Positions 1 to 12,680 of a DNA stretch of 64,000 nt are shown in pieces (within the stretch, counting starts at the first letter, position 1; the number at the start of each line of letters is the position of its first letter). The position numbers were made by a program, and so were the translations under genes. The notes beneath the pieces were generated by a model, which worked only from the letters and a program-made list of their open reading frames with translations, searched no databases and had not been told where the DNA came from. This DNA is from Eledone cirrhosa (Eukaryota): the NCBI GenBank assembly GCA_964016885.1, contig OZ024741.1:228408001-228472000 (forward strand), in the 5' to 3' direction.

Positions 1-877
1 AAACTCCACCTTGGCGTTCTATAGAGGATTAGTGGAGGGGAAGAGCGACGACGTACTTGGAGAAACTCTAGGCGTCGACGAAAAATCAACTAGCCAATCT
101 CTTCGGAAGGACTTTCGGGCCGGGTCCTATGGACAACTTCCAGAAATACCTGGCCTGGCAGTGCTACCGGGGAGCTTTGCCAGTTCGGGATAAACTCTAC
201 AGGCATGGAGGTGCCGTCAGCCGGGCATGTCCGAGATGCGCGCAGGGCGACGAAACCGTCCTGCACGCACTCGTCCAGTGTCCGAGCATTGCTGACTAGT
301 GGGTTTATGTCGAACACCTGCTGTCACGTGTAGGACCGATCCGGCTATCAGCTGAGTCCATCGTGAGGATTGCCCCGCTGTCTTCCTTTAGCCGGGAAGG
401 GCAGGCAGTTTTTATCTGTCTGGTGGCCATGGCGAAAGAGATAGTATGGTGGACACGTTTGAAAGGGCTGAAGACGAGCACTTACCTCTTCGGTGATGCC
501 CTGATTAACTTTTTCAAATTTCATTTGAAAAGGAAAATCAGGGTAGAGAGGGAAGTGCTTTCTTCCCAGCATTTTGTTGAAATATGGGTGAGAGAAGCAG
601 GTATGGCCCGAAGCAGGTATGTGTCTGTAAATTAAAGGTGGAAAACTGGGAGACGGCACTTGCCCTGGTGGTCAGGGTCACTGTGGTCTTTTAATGGGCT
701 TTCTCCACAAATGTCCCTCGGAAGTCTCCCCCCTATTGGGGAATCTTTTCTTTGTTATTTTATTACATCCTCTGTTTTTTTTTACACGCAGAAATGCCCA
801 TTTGTACCGTCCTGTATTGTCCTGTACTGCCCTTAATGTCTATTTTATGTAAACCCTTGTGGTTAATAAAGAAAACA
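1..877 (+). mobile_element. 3' end of an L1/Tx1-type LINE (ORF2 C-terminal zinc-binding region, 3' UTR, A-rich tail), degenerate
   Basis: The frame at 228 reads CPRCAQGDETVLHALVQC (CCHC zf-RVT-like knuckle), preceded by WQCYRGALPVRDKL. An in-frame TAG lies at 297-299 and the frame continues into ORF 363-635. It ends with aataaagaaaa followed by (TTA)n. Confidence 0.8.
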
Positions 878-1169
878 TTATTATTATTATTAATATTATT
901 TACATTCCTTACATTAAACTACAACTATGTTGACAATCTTTAAATAATGTCTTCCTTGTGAAATGTGTGGTCTTGTTTTGCTTAACTAATGAATATTTCC
1001 AGCTCTGTGCACCTAACCTCTGCGTGAACCCAGCCACCTAGCTGCCTTCCACTGCATATTGCACATTGAGCACATGCCTTTACGCTTTTGGCTTCTAACT
1101 AATTCACCAATCTCTCTTCTCCTCTCCTATCTCCATCTCTCTCTTTAAGATTGGTTACTCTTGAACTGG

Positions 1170-1224
<55 letters not shown>

Positions 1225-1229
<5 letters not shown>

Positions 1230-1544
1230 CAACTAGAAATTGATTAACATATGAAACAATCACGGGATAATCTTTACAAATGTGTAAGCACACGTATCTA
1301 TTTTTGAAGTTCTAGTTAACTTTATTTAGTTACCTACCTAGCTATGTGTGCTTACACACTTGTAAAAATTATCCCCTGTGATTGTTTCATATGTTTATTT
1401 ATATGTTAATCAATTTCTAGTTGTTATAAAATGCTCGGACCTATTCATTATAATCTTGGAGCTTATTTTACGGGTGATATGGCGCATGCCTTTCTGGCAT
1501 GACACCCATAATTTTGATTTAGATTAAATTCATTTTGATTTATC

Positions 1545-1552
<8 letters not shown>
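1225..1552. repeat. Fold-back (inverted repeat) element with a single-copy tail between (TA)n tracts, PLE-pLTR-like architecture
   Basis: 1225-1296 is the reverse complement of ~1340-1428 (tataacaactagaaattgattaacat / atgttaatcaatttctagttgttata). (TA)n flanks both sides. Confidence 0.6.
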
Positions 1553-1603
<51 letters not shown>

Positions 1604-1608
<5 letters not shown>

Positions 1609-2677
1609 GATGTTTTTGCATTCTTGCAATAACATACACAACTGAATTCATTCGCCTGATATAGGGATTGCCTCCCTTGCCGATCCCCACGTGGCGTCAG
1701 TAACAGTCAGTCCTTGTATTAACATTGAACTAAAACCTGTTGAGAAAGTGGCTTCCTTGTTCAATAATCTTTCCAGAAGCCTAACATTATTTATGTAAGC
1801 GGACAGTATTTGATTTAGGAGCCGCAGAAACCCAAATGCTGGATTTTACCAACCTTCCAGGGGTACGGGTAAATTTTCAATCACAGATATTTTTTATTTG
1901 TTTGACCCGAATTACTTGATCGTTTTTTGGGCTATGCGAATGATTGTTTAACCATCGTCTCAGTGTGTTTGGCCTTTAACGTTTGTTATAGCTCTGGTTC
2001 ATCTGAATCATTGAGCACTTGCCACACATCTCGGAGGTTGTTTTTCGTTATTTCGTGGGCCGAAATGCGATTCTCGATAATTTATATTTATATTAATCTC
2101 CAAACTCTAGCTATTGACCAGTCAATTTTCTTGATTTTTAGTTGATTCTATTGACTGATGAATAGCTTGTTAATTTTAACCCTTCTGTTGAGAACTCTAT
2201 TCGATTTGTGATGTTTTTGCATTCTTGCAATAACATACACAACTGAATTCATTCGCCTGATATAGGGGTTGCCTCCCTTGCCGATCCCCACGTGGCGTCA
2301 GTAATAGTCAGTCCTTGTATTAACATTGTACTAAAACCTGTTGAGAAAGTGGCTTCCTTGTTCAATCATCTTTCCAGAAGCCTAACATTATTTATGTAAG
2401 CGGACAGTTTTTGATTTAGGAGCCGCAGAAACCCAAATGCTGGATTTTACCAACCTTCCAGGGGTCCGGGTAAATTTTCAATCACAGATATCTTTTATTT
2501 GTTTGACCCGAATTACTTGATCGTTTTTTTGGCTATGCGAATGATTGTTTAACCATCGTCTCAGTGTGTTTGGCCTTTACCGTTTGTTATAGCTCTGGTT
2601 CATCTGAATCATTGAGCACTTGCCACACATCTCGGAGGTTGTTTTTCGTTATTTCGTGGGCCGAAATGCGATTCTCG

Positions 2678-2680
<3 letters not shown>
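1604..2680. repeat. Partial tandem duplication (~601-bp unit, ~1.8 copies) between (TA)n tracts
   Basis: tttgtgatgtttttgcattc recurs at 1604 and 2205, and both copies run to ...attctcgataat. A related end occurs inverted at ~10725-10790. Confidence 0.85.
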
Positions 2681-2754
<74 letters not shown>

Positions 2755-2758
<4 letters not shown>

Positions 2759-5700
2759 CATATCCGCAAGGATACACAAAACAACTTCGACATAACCATG
2801 GTGTCTAGTGAATCGGCGCAGGTCACTGATTTGGTAGGTCTATATTTACTAAACGAAATCCATAAGGACCTTCCATACCTCAACGGTGGTTTGTACCGCG
2901 ACGATGCACTTCTCTTTATAGACTATAAAAAATTCAATATAGAAAGAACTAGAAAACTATTGCACAAGACTTTCAAAAACTATAACCTGAGTATCACCAT
3001 AGACAAAAACACTAAAAACGTTAACTTCCTAGATGCCACCCTCTACCTAGACTCTAGGATATATACACAATTCCCTAAACCTAACGAAAATCTGATTTAC
3101 GTAGATATCAAGTCTAACCACCCTAGATCAATATTAAACTCTATCTCTAAGGGAATATCCAATAGAATATCTAATCTATCTTATGACGAAAACATATTTA
3201 GCAAAAACTCGCAATATTATAATCAGGCATTAGCTAGATCAGGCCATAATAAGGAGATCGAGTTCCTACCTACAAAAACACATAGTTACAACATTATTTC
3301 GTACAATATGTCCATGCGGAAAAATAGTAATACGAATAACAACCACGCACACAGTAATACGAAGGATGGCAACAAACCTAACCCACACCACAGAAGTCAC
3401 CATAATACCATAAACGAAAGCATCTCACCAGTCATAAAAAACAAAAATAGAAGAAATAATACTTTTTTCAACCCTCCTTTCAATCTAAACGTCTCTACCA
3501 ACCTACCCAAGGCTTTCTTCTCACTCCTGGATTAAAACTTCCCATCTGGCCACAAGTACCATAGTCTTATAAACAAAAACATAATTAAAATCTCCTACTC
3601 TACCACGCCTAACATAGCATACCACATAGCTAGTAGCAATAAAAGAAAAATTAATACTTACTTCCAACAAACTAAAACACGACAGGGAGTAAACCTTCAA
3701 AATAACATTATATCTACTAACCCTGATATCAATAGTAATAATAGTAATACCACTAGTGTAAGCAATAACGCTGAGAGCGACAACCCCCATAGCCATAATG
3801 CAACAACTAACAAACAGACTTCTACACAACATAATAACCGGCAGGTTAACATCCAAAATAATTGTAACTGTAGATCTAATAGAACCTGCCCTTTAGATAA
3901 AAAATGCTTAATCAAGGATATCATATACTCATGCACCATCATAACTAGCAACTCTTCTGAAACCTATATAGGCTCTACTTCAAACTGTTTCAAAACCAGA
4001 TACAATTCGCACCTCCATTCTTTCAAAAAAACACAGTCTAGCCAACTCCACTTCACTATCTAGCGACATACACCATCTAAAAACTAAAAATAGATCTTAT
4101 ACACTTAAATGTAAGGCGGCATCGTACAAACCACCTAATAAATTTTGTAACCTCTGTCTACTAGAGACCCATACTATAATCTTCTCAAACCATAACCTCC
4201 TTAATAAAAAATCGGAAGTGTTCGCGTCGTGCCAGCACCGCTTCCGGCACTCCTCCCAAAACTTTAAACCCAATATATAGCAATGTCAGGCTTGAACCCA
4301 TCACCACTTCTAGCACTACACCTCAAGGGCACACCTTACACCTTACACCACAACTCCACACTCACTGATCCACCCTATCTTAACACAAATCGTTTCACCT
4401 ATCTATAACTTTATACACTAGAAATATCCTCATGTATACCTATTTTTAGTATAATTACTTTCAATTACTTATAATTATATAGTGATACAATACAGTCTAT
4501 GTAAACTTTAAATTCCAGATTCGACAATGGATTATTTGTGCAAATGTATTTCTATGTATGGAGTGCTATCATTGGATATATATAAATTTAATTTATTAAC
4601 ATAAGAGATCTGTATAACCTATATGTTGAGTGCAATGAATTGTGTATGAGTGGTATGTGAGTTATATATGCATGCATGGATGGATTAATGACATTGTAAG
4701 TGAGAGATGCTTTTTGGTCTGCCCTAGAGATGTATTTAGCTTTGCCGTGCAGTCAGCCATACGCTGCCCCAGAGCTTACCTGGGGTTATATAGACGTAGT
4801 TCTAATAGGTCCCCTGACAGGTACTGTGAGTAGACTACATTTGCAAAGATCTGTGATATAAAGATGTGGCTCTTTGTATGGAATATTCAGTTGTAGCACT
4901 CTATGATAGGGAGTAATCATCCTAATATAGATACCTTTAGTACTTCTTGATAGAGTAGACTGTAATTAAAAATAGGATACCTAAAATTGGAAACTGAATA
5001 TATAACCGTCTATATAAGGGACTCAATTGAGACACCTTATAATGTATGTTGGAATAATAAATTTAGTTATAGAAATCAGCTAGTTACCTCCCCTTACGCA
5101 TTAACTCCCCTTAATCACACACATACTTCCGGATAATAAACCGATGTAAATTCTCGCAACAGAAACAACTCGTTCTTTAAAATTGGATTAAAGAACACTG
5201 AGCCGCAGCAAGCTAAAATAAGTTAATTTAATGCATCAAACATCCAATACGGAATCATCGTTAATTATTTGAAGGATGTATAAACTATATATTACGTTTC
5301 TTGAATGTGAAAATGGTTGTGGATACAAAAACCATAACCTTCTTTTGCTTCTCCTTTATACTATTTTTCTGCACGCATACTTCTGTATCATATACAAAAA
5401 ATACCTTACCACTACAACCTCCATAATACTCTTACTTACCCGCTTTAAGTGCTTCTATTAAATGTAACACCCTGCCGCACAATAATCATATATAAATGAG
5501 ACACACGTGCATGCCCCACGCGTAACTAACGCATAAAATAACTAAAATAACTACTACATTTGACTAACAAACTATCCTCTTGCATTATCTATGTTAACTG
5601 CTGATTGTATTTTAATTTTGCTTTGATTTTGTTTTAATGTGATTTTGATTTTGAATTTGAATTGCTATACAGATAATATAATATATGTCACTCCACTGTA

Positions 5701-5886
5701 CATCAATATATACATATGTATCTGTATGTATCTTGCGTTGGAAAGGAGGTCAATCATGTGTACACACATTGAAAAATGGTCCGAAGACTCCAAGCCTAGA
5801 TTTGGATGAAACAATTGTAAGTGAATAAATGCTTTGAACATAGCTTTGATTCTTGTGAATTCTATATAACTGCTCTGTAGAACAAC

Positions 5887-5891
<5 letters not shown>
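2755..5891 (+). mobile_element. 5'-truncated Penelope-like element, Naiad-type (RT + GIY-YIG), inactivated
   Basis: RT motifs FDITM..SAQVTDLVGLYLL and GGLYRDDAL, then VNFLD and SNHP. In-frame TAA at 3533. Downstream: NFPSGHKY..KISYSTTPN, CNCRSNRTCPLDKKCLIKDIIY (3863) and TYIGST..FKTRYNSH. A +1 frameshift in the A-run at ~4025-4031 precedes CNLCLLE..LLNKKSEVFASCQHR, with stop at 4278-4280. Bounded by (TA)n on both sides; the 3' boundary is inferred from that. Confidence 0.88.
2756..4280 (+). pseudogene. Disrupted PLE RT/GIY-YIG ORF (Naiad-like)
   Basis: One premature stop (3533-3535) and one frameshift (~4030); catalytic YRDD retained. Confidence 0.85.
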
Positions 5892-5941
<50 letters not shown>

Positions 5942-5995
5942 GCCAAAACTAGAATTGAATAATCAAAACCGTAGCGGTATGTCACATATCAAATC

Positions 5996-6066
5996 ATATA
6001 TTTTGACTGATGAAAACGTACTTAAACATCATAGTACCTTTGAAATATATATAATAAAATATATAT
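5996..6066 (+). ncRNA. Minimal type I hammerhead ribozyme motif (PLE pLTR fragment)
   Basis: CTGATGA at 6007-6013, stem II gtact/agtac, GAAA at 6042-6045, then TATATA-TA. Stem I is atatattttg/taaaatatat with an A-A mismatch at the junction. Confidence 0.6.
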
Positions 6067-6351
6067 CTTGATTATGAGTATATTTTCATTTGTTAACATT
6101 TTGAATAATATTAAAAACTCCAGAAAAACATCGGGTGCGTGCTTCAAATGTATTGTAATATTGTATTCGTTGAGTAATCAAGGGACCATACTAATCTTTG
6201 GTTATATATATATATATATATGGAAAGTTATATTTAAATTGTTGGGTTACAACTAGTAAATATTTATAACTGATATAAAAGCACTCGACAAGTATTTGGA
6301 GTATATTTACGATATTAAATAAATGGAAACTATATTTATAAAACCATATTT

Positions 6352-6415
6352 ATTTCATTATATATATTTCAGGGATATCATATTAACAATATGCTATGCC
6401 TTCCTCAGACAAAAT
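6352..6415 (-). ncRNA. Minimal type I hammerhead ribozyme motif
   Basis: Minus strand: attttgt-CTGAGGA-aggcatagcatattgttaatatgatatccct-GAAA-tatata-TA^atgaaat. Stem I attttgt/atgaaat pairs with G-U wobbles. Confidence 0.7.
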
Positions 6416-6927
6416 ACAATATAGACAGTTTTATAGATAAATAGATTTGACATACCGTTCAACATCGACTTGTATTTGAAAAGTTGATTTGGCAGATCAA
6501 CTTTTGGCAAATCAACTTTTCAAATACACTACTGTGACATGAAAACTACGAACTGAGTCCTCCTGCCCGAACCATAACACCCCCGTGGGCACGCAGTATG
6601 AACAAACATCTGTGAACCAAATGTACACCGCAGACCATACTCGAACAAACATTAGTGAAGCAACATCCACTAAATAATAAATGTACACTCCAGACCCGAC
6701 CTGTACTGGCACTAGTGAAACAACACACATAACATAAAGATGCTAAACACCAGCATATGAACAGGCATTAAAATCCACATGGGACTGATTGCTTGAACAC
6801 CGGCCAGAGTTACTCCCCCTGCTCTGTGATAATAAAAACACATGCACGGAGGGGAAAATGAATGATGATGTTAATTTAACCGTAAATTCCCTCCTGGGTC
6901 CTATAATGAACATTATTTTGCTTTCCA

Positions 6928-6970
6928 TGCCCTTGATAATCCCGCCAAGGGCGAAACGTACGTAGGTGCA
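6928..6970 (+). ncRNA. Hammerhead ribozyme variant with U3-A8 core (UUGAUAA)
   Basis: tgccc-TTGATAA-tcccgccaagggc-GAAA-CGTACG-TA^ggtgca. Stem III loop is palindromic, stem II is ccc/ggg, stem I is 5 bp with one bulge. Confidence 0.65.
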
Positions 6971-7019
6971 CTATTATATAAACATCTTTTAACTGTTTTA
7001 AACTCTTTGTATTCATTTC

Positions 7020-7084
<65 letters not shown>

Positions 7085-7093
<9 letters not shown>

Positions 7094-7468
7094 TTCTTTC
7101 TTTCTTTCTTCTTGTAGCTCGACATTAACGCTGACTTTTCTTCTTCTTCGTTTTCTTCACCCTTCTTTCTGTCTTTTTTCGTGAAGCATGATATTAACGC
7201 TGACTTATCTTCCCCTCCCTTTCTATTTGACCGGGAGGGTAGTAGAATACTAAAAGCTTTACCCCACTCACCAGATGGCCTCAACACTTGAGGGCGACCT
7301 GCTAAAGTGAAAGATGCTAGATGGTCGGTCATCCTCCTGTTTTTGATTTTCAGCACCATGGATTTTACCTATTACATTCATTTATTGTATTTCGAATACC
7401 TGATGTTATCACCGGATTCATACGGAAGCCTGTCATTGAAATGCTCATAGTATAATAAACCTTTCATT

Positions 7469-7470
<2 letters not shown>
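7085..7470 (+). mobile_element. PLE pLTR fragment (family of 39200-40768) with a mutated HHR
   Basis: Homologous to ~40390-40730. HHR at ~7397-7453 reads CTGATGT...GAAA-tgctca-TA. Confidence 0.75.
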
Positions 7471-7521
<51 letters not shown>

Positions 7522-7524
<3 letters not shown>

Positions 7525-9435
7525 AGGAGGTTATAGTTCACTTGAAGCATTGTGTAATGAGGTATAAACGTTTGTATATGTATAATAAAGCCAAAACAAT
7601 GCAGGTATGGACATAGAATAAAGAATGCAAATGCAAAAGATATTGTTGACAATTAGTCTTTTACCTTAGATTTATTTAAATGTCCTTAATTTTCGAGATA
7701 ATATCTCTTCTTCGGAGGGAAGTAAAGCGGTTAAACCAGTGTTCTAAATAGCTTGCCATGTCATGCTGACAGGAAATGTATAGAGTATCTGTTCTATCTC
7801 TAATGTCAAAGACTTAAGGTTAGGTGGATAAAGAGTAGTCTCCGTTTAAAAGGTTTTTTTTTGTACATGCCTGTTTAAGTGTGTGGGAGAATGCATGAAG
7901 GTGTAAGTATGTGAGTGTGTGTGTGTGAGTGTGAGAAGATATGTCTATACGTAAATGTGGGGGATAGATGTTATCTCGTGTTAGAACTGATCTTTGTGTG
8001 TGTATGTGTGTGAGAGAGAATAAGTGGAGGTGTAAGCGTGTTGTGTGTGTGTGTGCGTGTGTGTGTGGACGCCAGTATAAAGTTCAGCATGGAACACCCC
8101 GATGACCGCGGATCCCTATCCATACTGGACTTCCAACTCAGGGTAACAGAGGAAGGCAACATCCACACCTGCTTCTATAAAAAAAGCCGCCAGCGGGACC
8201 TGTTCGTACATTTCAGATCGGCCCTCCCAGCCGGCGCTAAGTTCGGATACATAAGGAACGAACTAACACGTATCCGGAGCAAATGTACTGACACTAGAGA
8301 CCGAGACACACACACCACACATTTCCTGGAAGTACTCAAACTGAACGGATACACGACATCCACCACAAACCGTGCCAGAAAGAACAGAGGACACCACACC
8401 CGAGGCACTAACACTTTCTTCCTGAAGCTCCCACACTTCAGTGACGAAACAACAACAGCCATCCGCAGAGCTATCAGACGAGAGGGACTAGATATACAAC
8501 TGGCCCACTCAGGTCCTTCTCTACATGGACAGCTAACCAAAAGACACTCCACCAGACATGACAACTGCTGCAGGCTAGCCAACTACCCCATCAACGACAC
8601 AGACCTATGCCACCAGGCTTACGTCGTATACAGACTAGAGTGTGACAAATGCAGCAACTTCTACGTAGGTAGCACCACCAGACCACTCCACATAAGAATA
8701 AAAGAACACCTCAATACTAACGCTTCCTCATTTAAGAAACACATAGTTAAATGCAAAAACACCGACAAAACCATAACAGTTAGGATAGAAACTAAGGAAA
8801 GAAACCTCGGCAATCTTAGAATTAAGGAAGCACTAATTATAGACAAAACACAACCACCAATCAATAATAGACTAGAACTCAACACCCAATTTATAACTTC
8901 ATAGAGCTTCTAGCCCGATATTTACCCCCCCCCCCCACACACGCGCACACACACGCACACGACACGCTTACACCTCCACTTATTCTCTCTCACACACATA
9001 CACACACAAAGACCAGTTCTAACACGAGATAACATCTATCCCCCACATTTACGTATAGACATATCTTCTCACACTCACGCACACACACTCACATACTTAC
9101 ACCTTCATGCATTCTCCCACACACTTAAACAGGCATGTACAAAAAAAAAACCTTTTAAAGGGAGACTACTCTTTATCCACCTAACCTTAACTCTTTGACA
9201 TTAGAGATAGAACAGATACTCTATACCATTTCCTGTCAGCATGACTTGGCAAGCTATTTAGAACACTGGTTTAACCGCTTTACTTCCCTCCGAAGAAGAG
9301 ATATTATCTCCAAAATTAAGGACATTTAAATAAATTTAAGGTAAAAGACTAATTGTCAACAATATCTTTTGCATTTGCATTCTTTATTCTATGTCCATAC
9401 CTGCATTGTTTTGGCTTTATTATACATATACAAAC

Positions 9436-9438
<3 letters not shown>
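7522..9438 (+). mobile_element. 5'-truncated Penelope-like element with ~500-bp inverted pLTRs flanking the ORF, inserted in (TA)n
   Basis: ~7566-8065 is the reverse complement of ~8937-9437; the central ORF encodes RT thumb plus GIY-YIG; (TA)n lies on both sides. Confidence 0.9.
8066..8904 (+). CDS. PLE RT C-terminal region + GIY-YIG endonuclease (5'-truncated, open to stop)
   Basis: IKFSMEHP..LSILDF..FYKK..HFRSALP..LNGY, then VVYRLECDKCSNFYVGSTTRPLHIRIKEH..LRIKEALII..PPINNR. The N-terminal part of ORF 8038 is (GT)n translation. Confidence 0.88.
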
Positions 9439-9502
<64 letters not shown>

Positions 9503-9635
9503 GAGGTTATATTTAATTTGTTGGGATGTAACACGCAAAAAATTTTGATAACTGATATAAAGCACTCAACAAATGATTGGATTAAATATACAATATATTA
9601 ACAAAAATGGAAACTATATTTATAAAACCATATTT

Positions 9636-9699
9636 ATTTCATTATACATATTTCAAAGGCCACCAAGGCAAACTATGGTGCGCTTTCATCAGATAAAAT
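9636..9699 (-). ncRNA. Minimal type I hammerhead ribozyme motif
   Basis: Minus strand: attttat-CTGATGA-aagcgcacca..tggtggccttt-GAAA-tatgta-TA^atgaaat. It sits in a ~290-bp element (9500-9790) homologous to 6225-6510 and 57865-58140. Confidence 0.72.
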
Positions 9700-9873
9700 A
9701 TATTATGGGTTAGTTTTATAAATAAATATTGATATACCCTGAAAAAATGCAACCATTCTGGTTGGAATCTCCTGGATAGTGGAGTTATTAGATTTAGTGT
9801 TGGTTTATTATGCAAATTAGTGTCGGATTAAATAACAGTATATTTAAATTAAGCCGTTTCCATTTGTTAATAT

Positions 9874-9966
<93 letters not shown>

Positions 9967-10009
9967 GAAAGGTATAGAAAGTATTGTAGCAAGAAGCCAA
10001 CAGTATTCC

Positions 10010-10105
<96 letters not shown>

Positions 10106-10138
10106 CATATATGTATATATATATACATATATACATAG

Positions 10139-10188
<50 letters not shown>

Positions 10189-10206
10189 TTTTATATATAC
10201 ACAAGT

Positions 10207-10400
10207 GAAGGTGCATGGCTTAGTGGGTTGAGCATTAGGCTTTAGCAATCGAAAGGTTGTGAGTTCAATTCTCGGACCAGGTGATGTGTTGTTTCTTTGA
10301 GCAAGACACTTTATTTCACGTTGCTCCAGTTTGCGCAGATGTAGAAATGAGATGAAGAGGTACCGACCTGCCCGTCCAGCCAGTGGGATGGTGTAATCCT
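10207..10400 (+). mobile_element. tRNA-derived SINE (V-domain-like)
   Basis: A box tggcttagtgg, B box gagttcaattc, then tctttgagcaagacactt..tttcacgttgctccagt. Homologous to 45465-45780. Confidence 0.65.
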
Positions 10401-10790
10401 ATGGCTAAAACAGACGACGTGTTGTGTCCAGCGGCGCCGAATGGACGCCCGACGGACAGGGTGGTCAAGGTGATATATACAAATGTAAGTACAGCATATT
10501 CGGAGCTCGAGCTGCAGCTAAACCGACGAATGCAATCACAAGTGCAGCCAAGCAATCGATAAGGTATAAAACCTTAGAGTAATAACATACCGTTTAAAGG
10601 GCTTTGCAAATTGAAGATAGCGACCGGTAATTCAGCCGCGGGGACCGTAGCAACGAAAGAACTGACAACGAAAGAACTGACTCGCGAGAAAAAATACATA
10701 TATATATATATTTATATACAAATATAAATTAGCGAGAATCGTATTTCGGCTATTGGAAATGATCGAAAAACAACTTCCGAGAAGTGTGAG

Positions 10791-10871
<81 letters not shown>

Positions 10872-10880
10872 GTGTGTATA

Positions 10881-10916
<36 letters not shown>

Positions 10917-10921
10917 GACAT

Positions 10922-10965
<44 letters not shown>

Positions 10966-11023
10966 AATTAGCGAAAAACAACTTCCGAGAAATGTGTATA
11001 TATATGCGTGTGTGTATATATAT

Positions 11024-11195
<172 letters not shown>

Positions 11196-11216
11196 ATCTA
11201 TATATCTATATATATA

Positions 11217-11251
<35 letters not shown>

Positions 11252-11440
11252 GGCGGTGAATTGGCAGTATCGGTAGAGGGTTGGACGCCATGCTTTCTAG
11301 CATAGTTACGTCCCTTTACAGTCTGAGTTCAAATCCCGCCGAGGTTAACTTTGCCTTTCATCCTTACGGGGTTAATAAAATAAAGTACCAGTAATGTACT
11401 GGCTATTTGCTGGCCTTGTGCCTAAAGTAGAAACAATTAT
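11252..11440 (+). mobile_element. tRNA-derived SINE with Meta-domain-like core (dominant local family)
   Basis: A box tggcagtatcgg, B box gagttcaaatcc, core gcctttcatccttacggggt(cg)ataaaataaagtaccag, tail ggccttgtgcctaaagtagaaacaattat. Confidence 0.85.
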
Positions 11441-11611
11441 ATATATTTATATATATATATTTACATATTCCAGAATCAGATAAAGGATATAAATACTGTC
11501 GAAATCAGACAACATCCTCCCACTCCTACATCACCACCTCCTCCTTCGTCCTATACTCCAGCCTTCTGCTCCATCACTTTCATCATCCACTAGTATTATG
11601 ATCTCTTGTAG

Positions 11612-11800
11612 GGCGGTGGATTGTCAGTCTCGGTAGAGGGTCGGACGCCATGCTTTGACGCAAAGAGTTACGTCCCTTTACGATCTGAGTTCAAATACCC
11701 ACGAGGTTAACTTTGCCTTTCATCCTTACGGGGTCGATAAAATAAAGTACCAGTAATGTACTGGGTCTTTGCTGGCCTTGTGCCAATAGTAGAAACAATT
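11612..11800 (+). mobile_element. tRNA-derived SINE, same family
   Basis: Full-length match to 11252-11440. Confidence 0.85.
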
Positions 11801-12489
11801 ATGATCTCTTGTATTTATACCTCCCTCTTCCACGCTATTATACACACCCCACTCTCCCTTTTAAACATAATATTCTTTCTTTCCTTTTTGGGGTACATAT
11901 TTTTCTTTTTTCTCTCTTTGTGTGCTGGTGGCAGGCTTGTTTCTTCTTTCTTTCTTTCTTTCTTTCTTTTTTCTTCTTCTTCTTCTTCTTCTTCTTCTTC
12001 TTCTTCTTCTTCTTCTTCTTCTTCTTCTTCTGTGATTTCTAGTTCATCTCCCCTTTCCTCTAGTTCGCTATCTCCTTCGCTATCCCAATCTTCATATGTT
12101 ATCGCCACTCCCTTTCACTTCGACGTTACCTCCGTTTCTAAAGAGAAACATCAAGCAGCCAATCGCTGACCAATCGTGCTTCTACAACACAGGTCCGTAG
12201 TCACGCCCATAACAACGCCATTAACCACGCCTCCCAACTCTCTATCTTCACACACTGATTTTCATAAATTCTTGTTTACAACTTAATTCTTAGTTAAAGC
12301 ATTATGTCAAGCAGCTCTTAGGGAACAGGAGAGACGTTTTCAAATCTTAGTCGAAGCCATTTCGATTCACCTGCATTACTAAGAGGGGCGGTGGAAGCAT
12401 TTCTGAACTGATGGGGTGGGTGAGGCAAATTTGGTCAATTTAGTTGTAGTGATTAGTTTAGCTGTTATTATCAAATATCAATCAAGGGT

Positions 12490-12680
12490 AGTATCGGTAG
12501 AGGGTCGGACGCCATACTTTGCAGCATAAAGTTTCGGCCCTTTATGATCTGAGTTCAAATCCCGCCGAGGTTAACTTTGCCTTTCATCCTTGCAGGGTCG
12601 ATAAAATAAAGTACAAGTCACGCACTGGGGTCGATTTAATCGACTTTCCCCTCCCCTAAAATTGCTATAGGAAATCATTA
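12490..12680 (+). mobile_element. tRNA-derived SINE, same family (long variant with ggggtcgatttaatcgac hairpin)
   Basis: B box and core match. Confidence 0.8.

Noticed and set aside
3533-3535. Selenocysteine recoding in the Naiad ORF
   Set aside because: The stop is TAA at a non-Cys position, not TGA.
10401-10490. Possible first exon (ATG..AAT|GTAAGT)
   Set aside because: Only 28 codons next to a SINE, with no downstream exon or homology support.
11252-11345. tRNA gene
   Set aside because: The A/B boxes belong to a multi-copy SINE; no complete cloverleaf.
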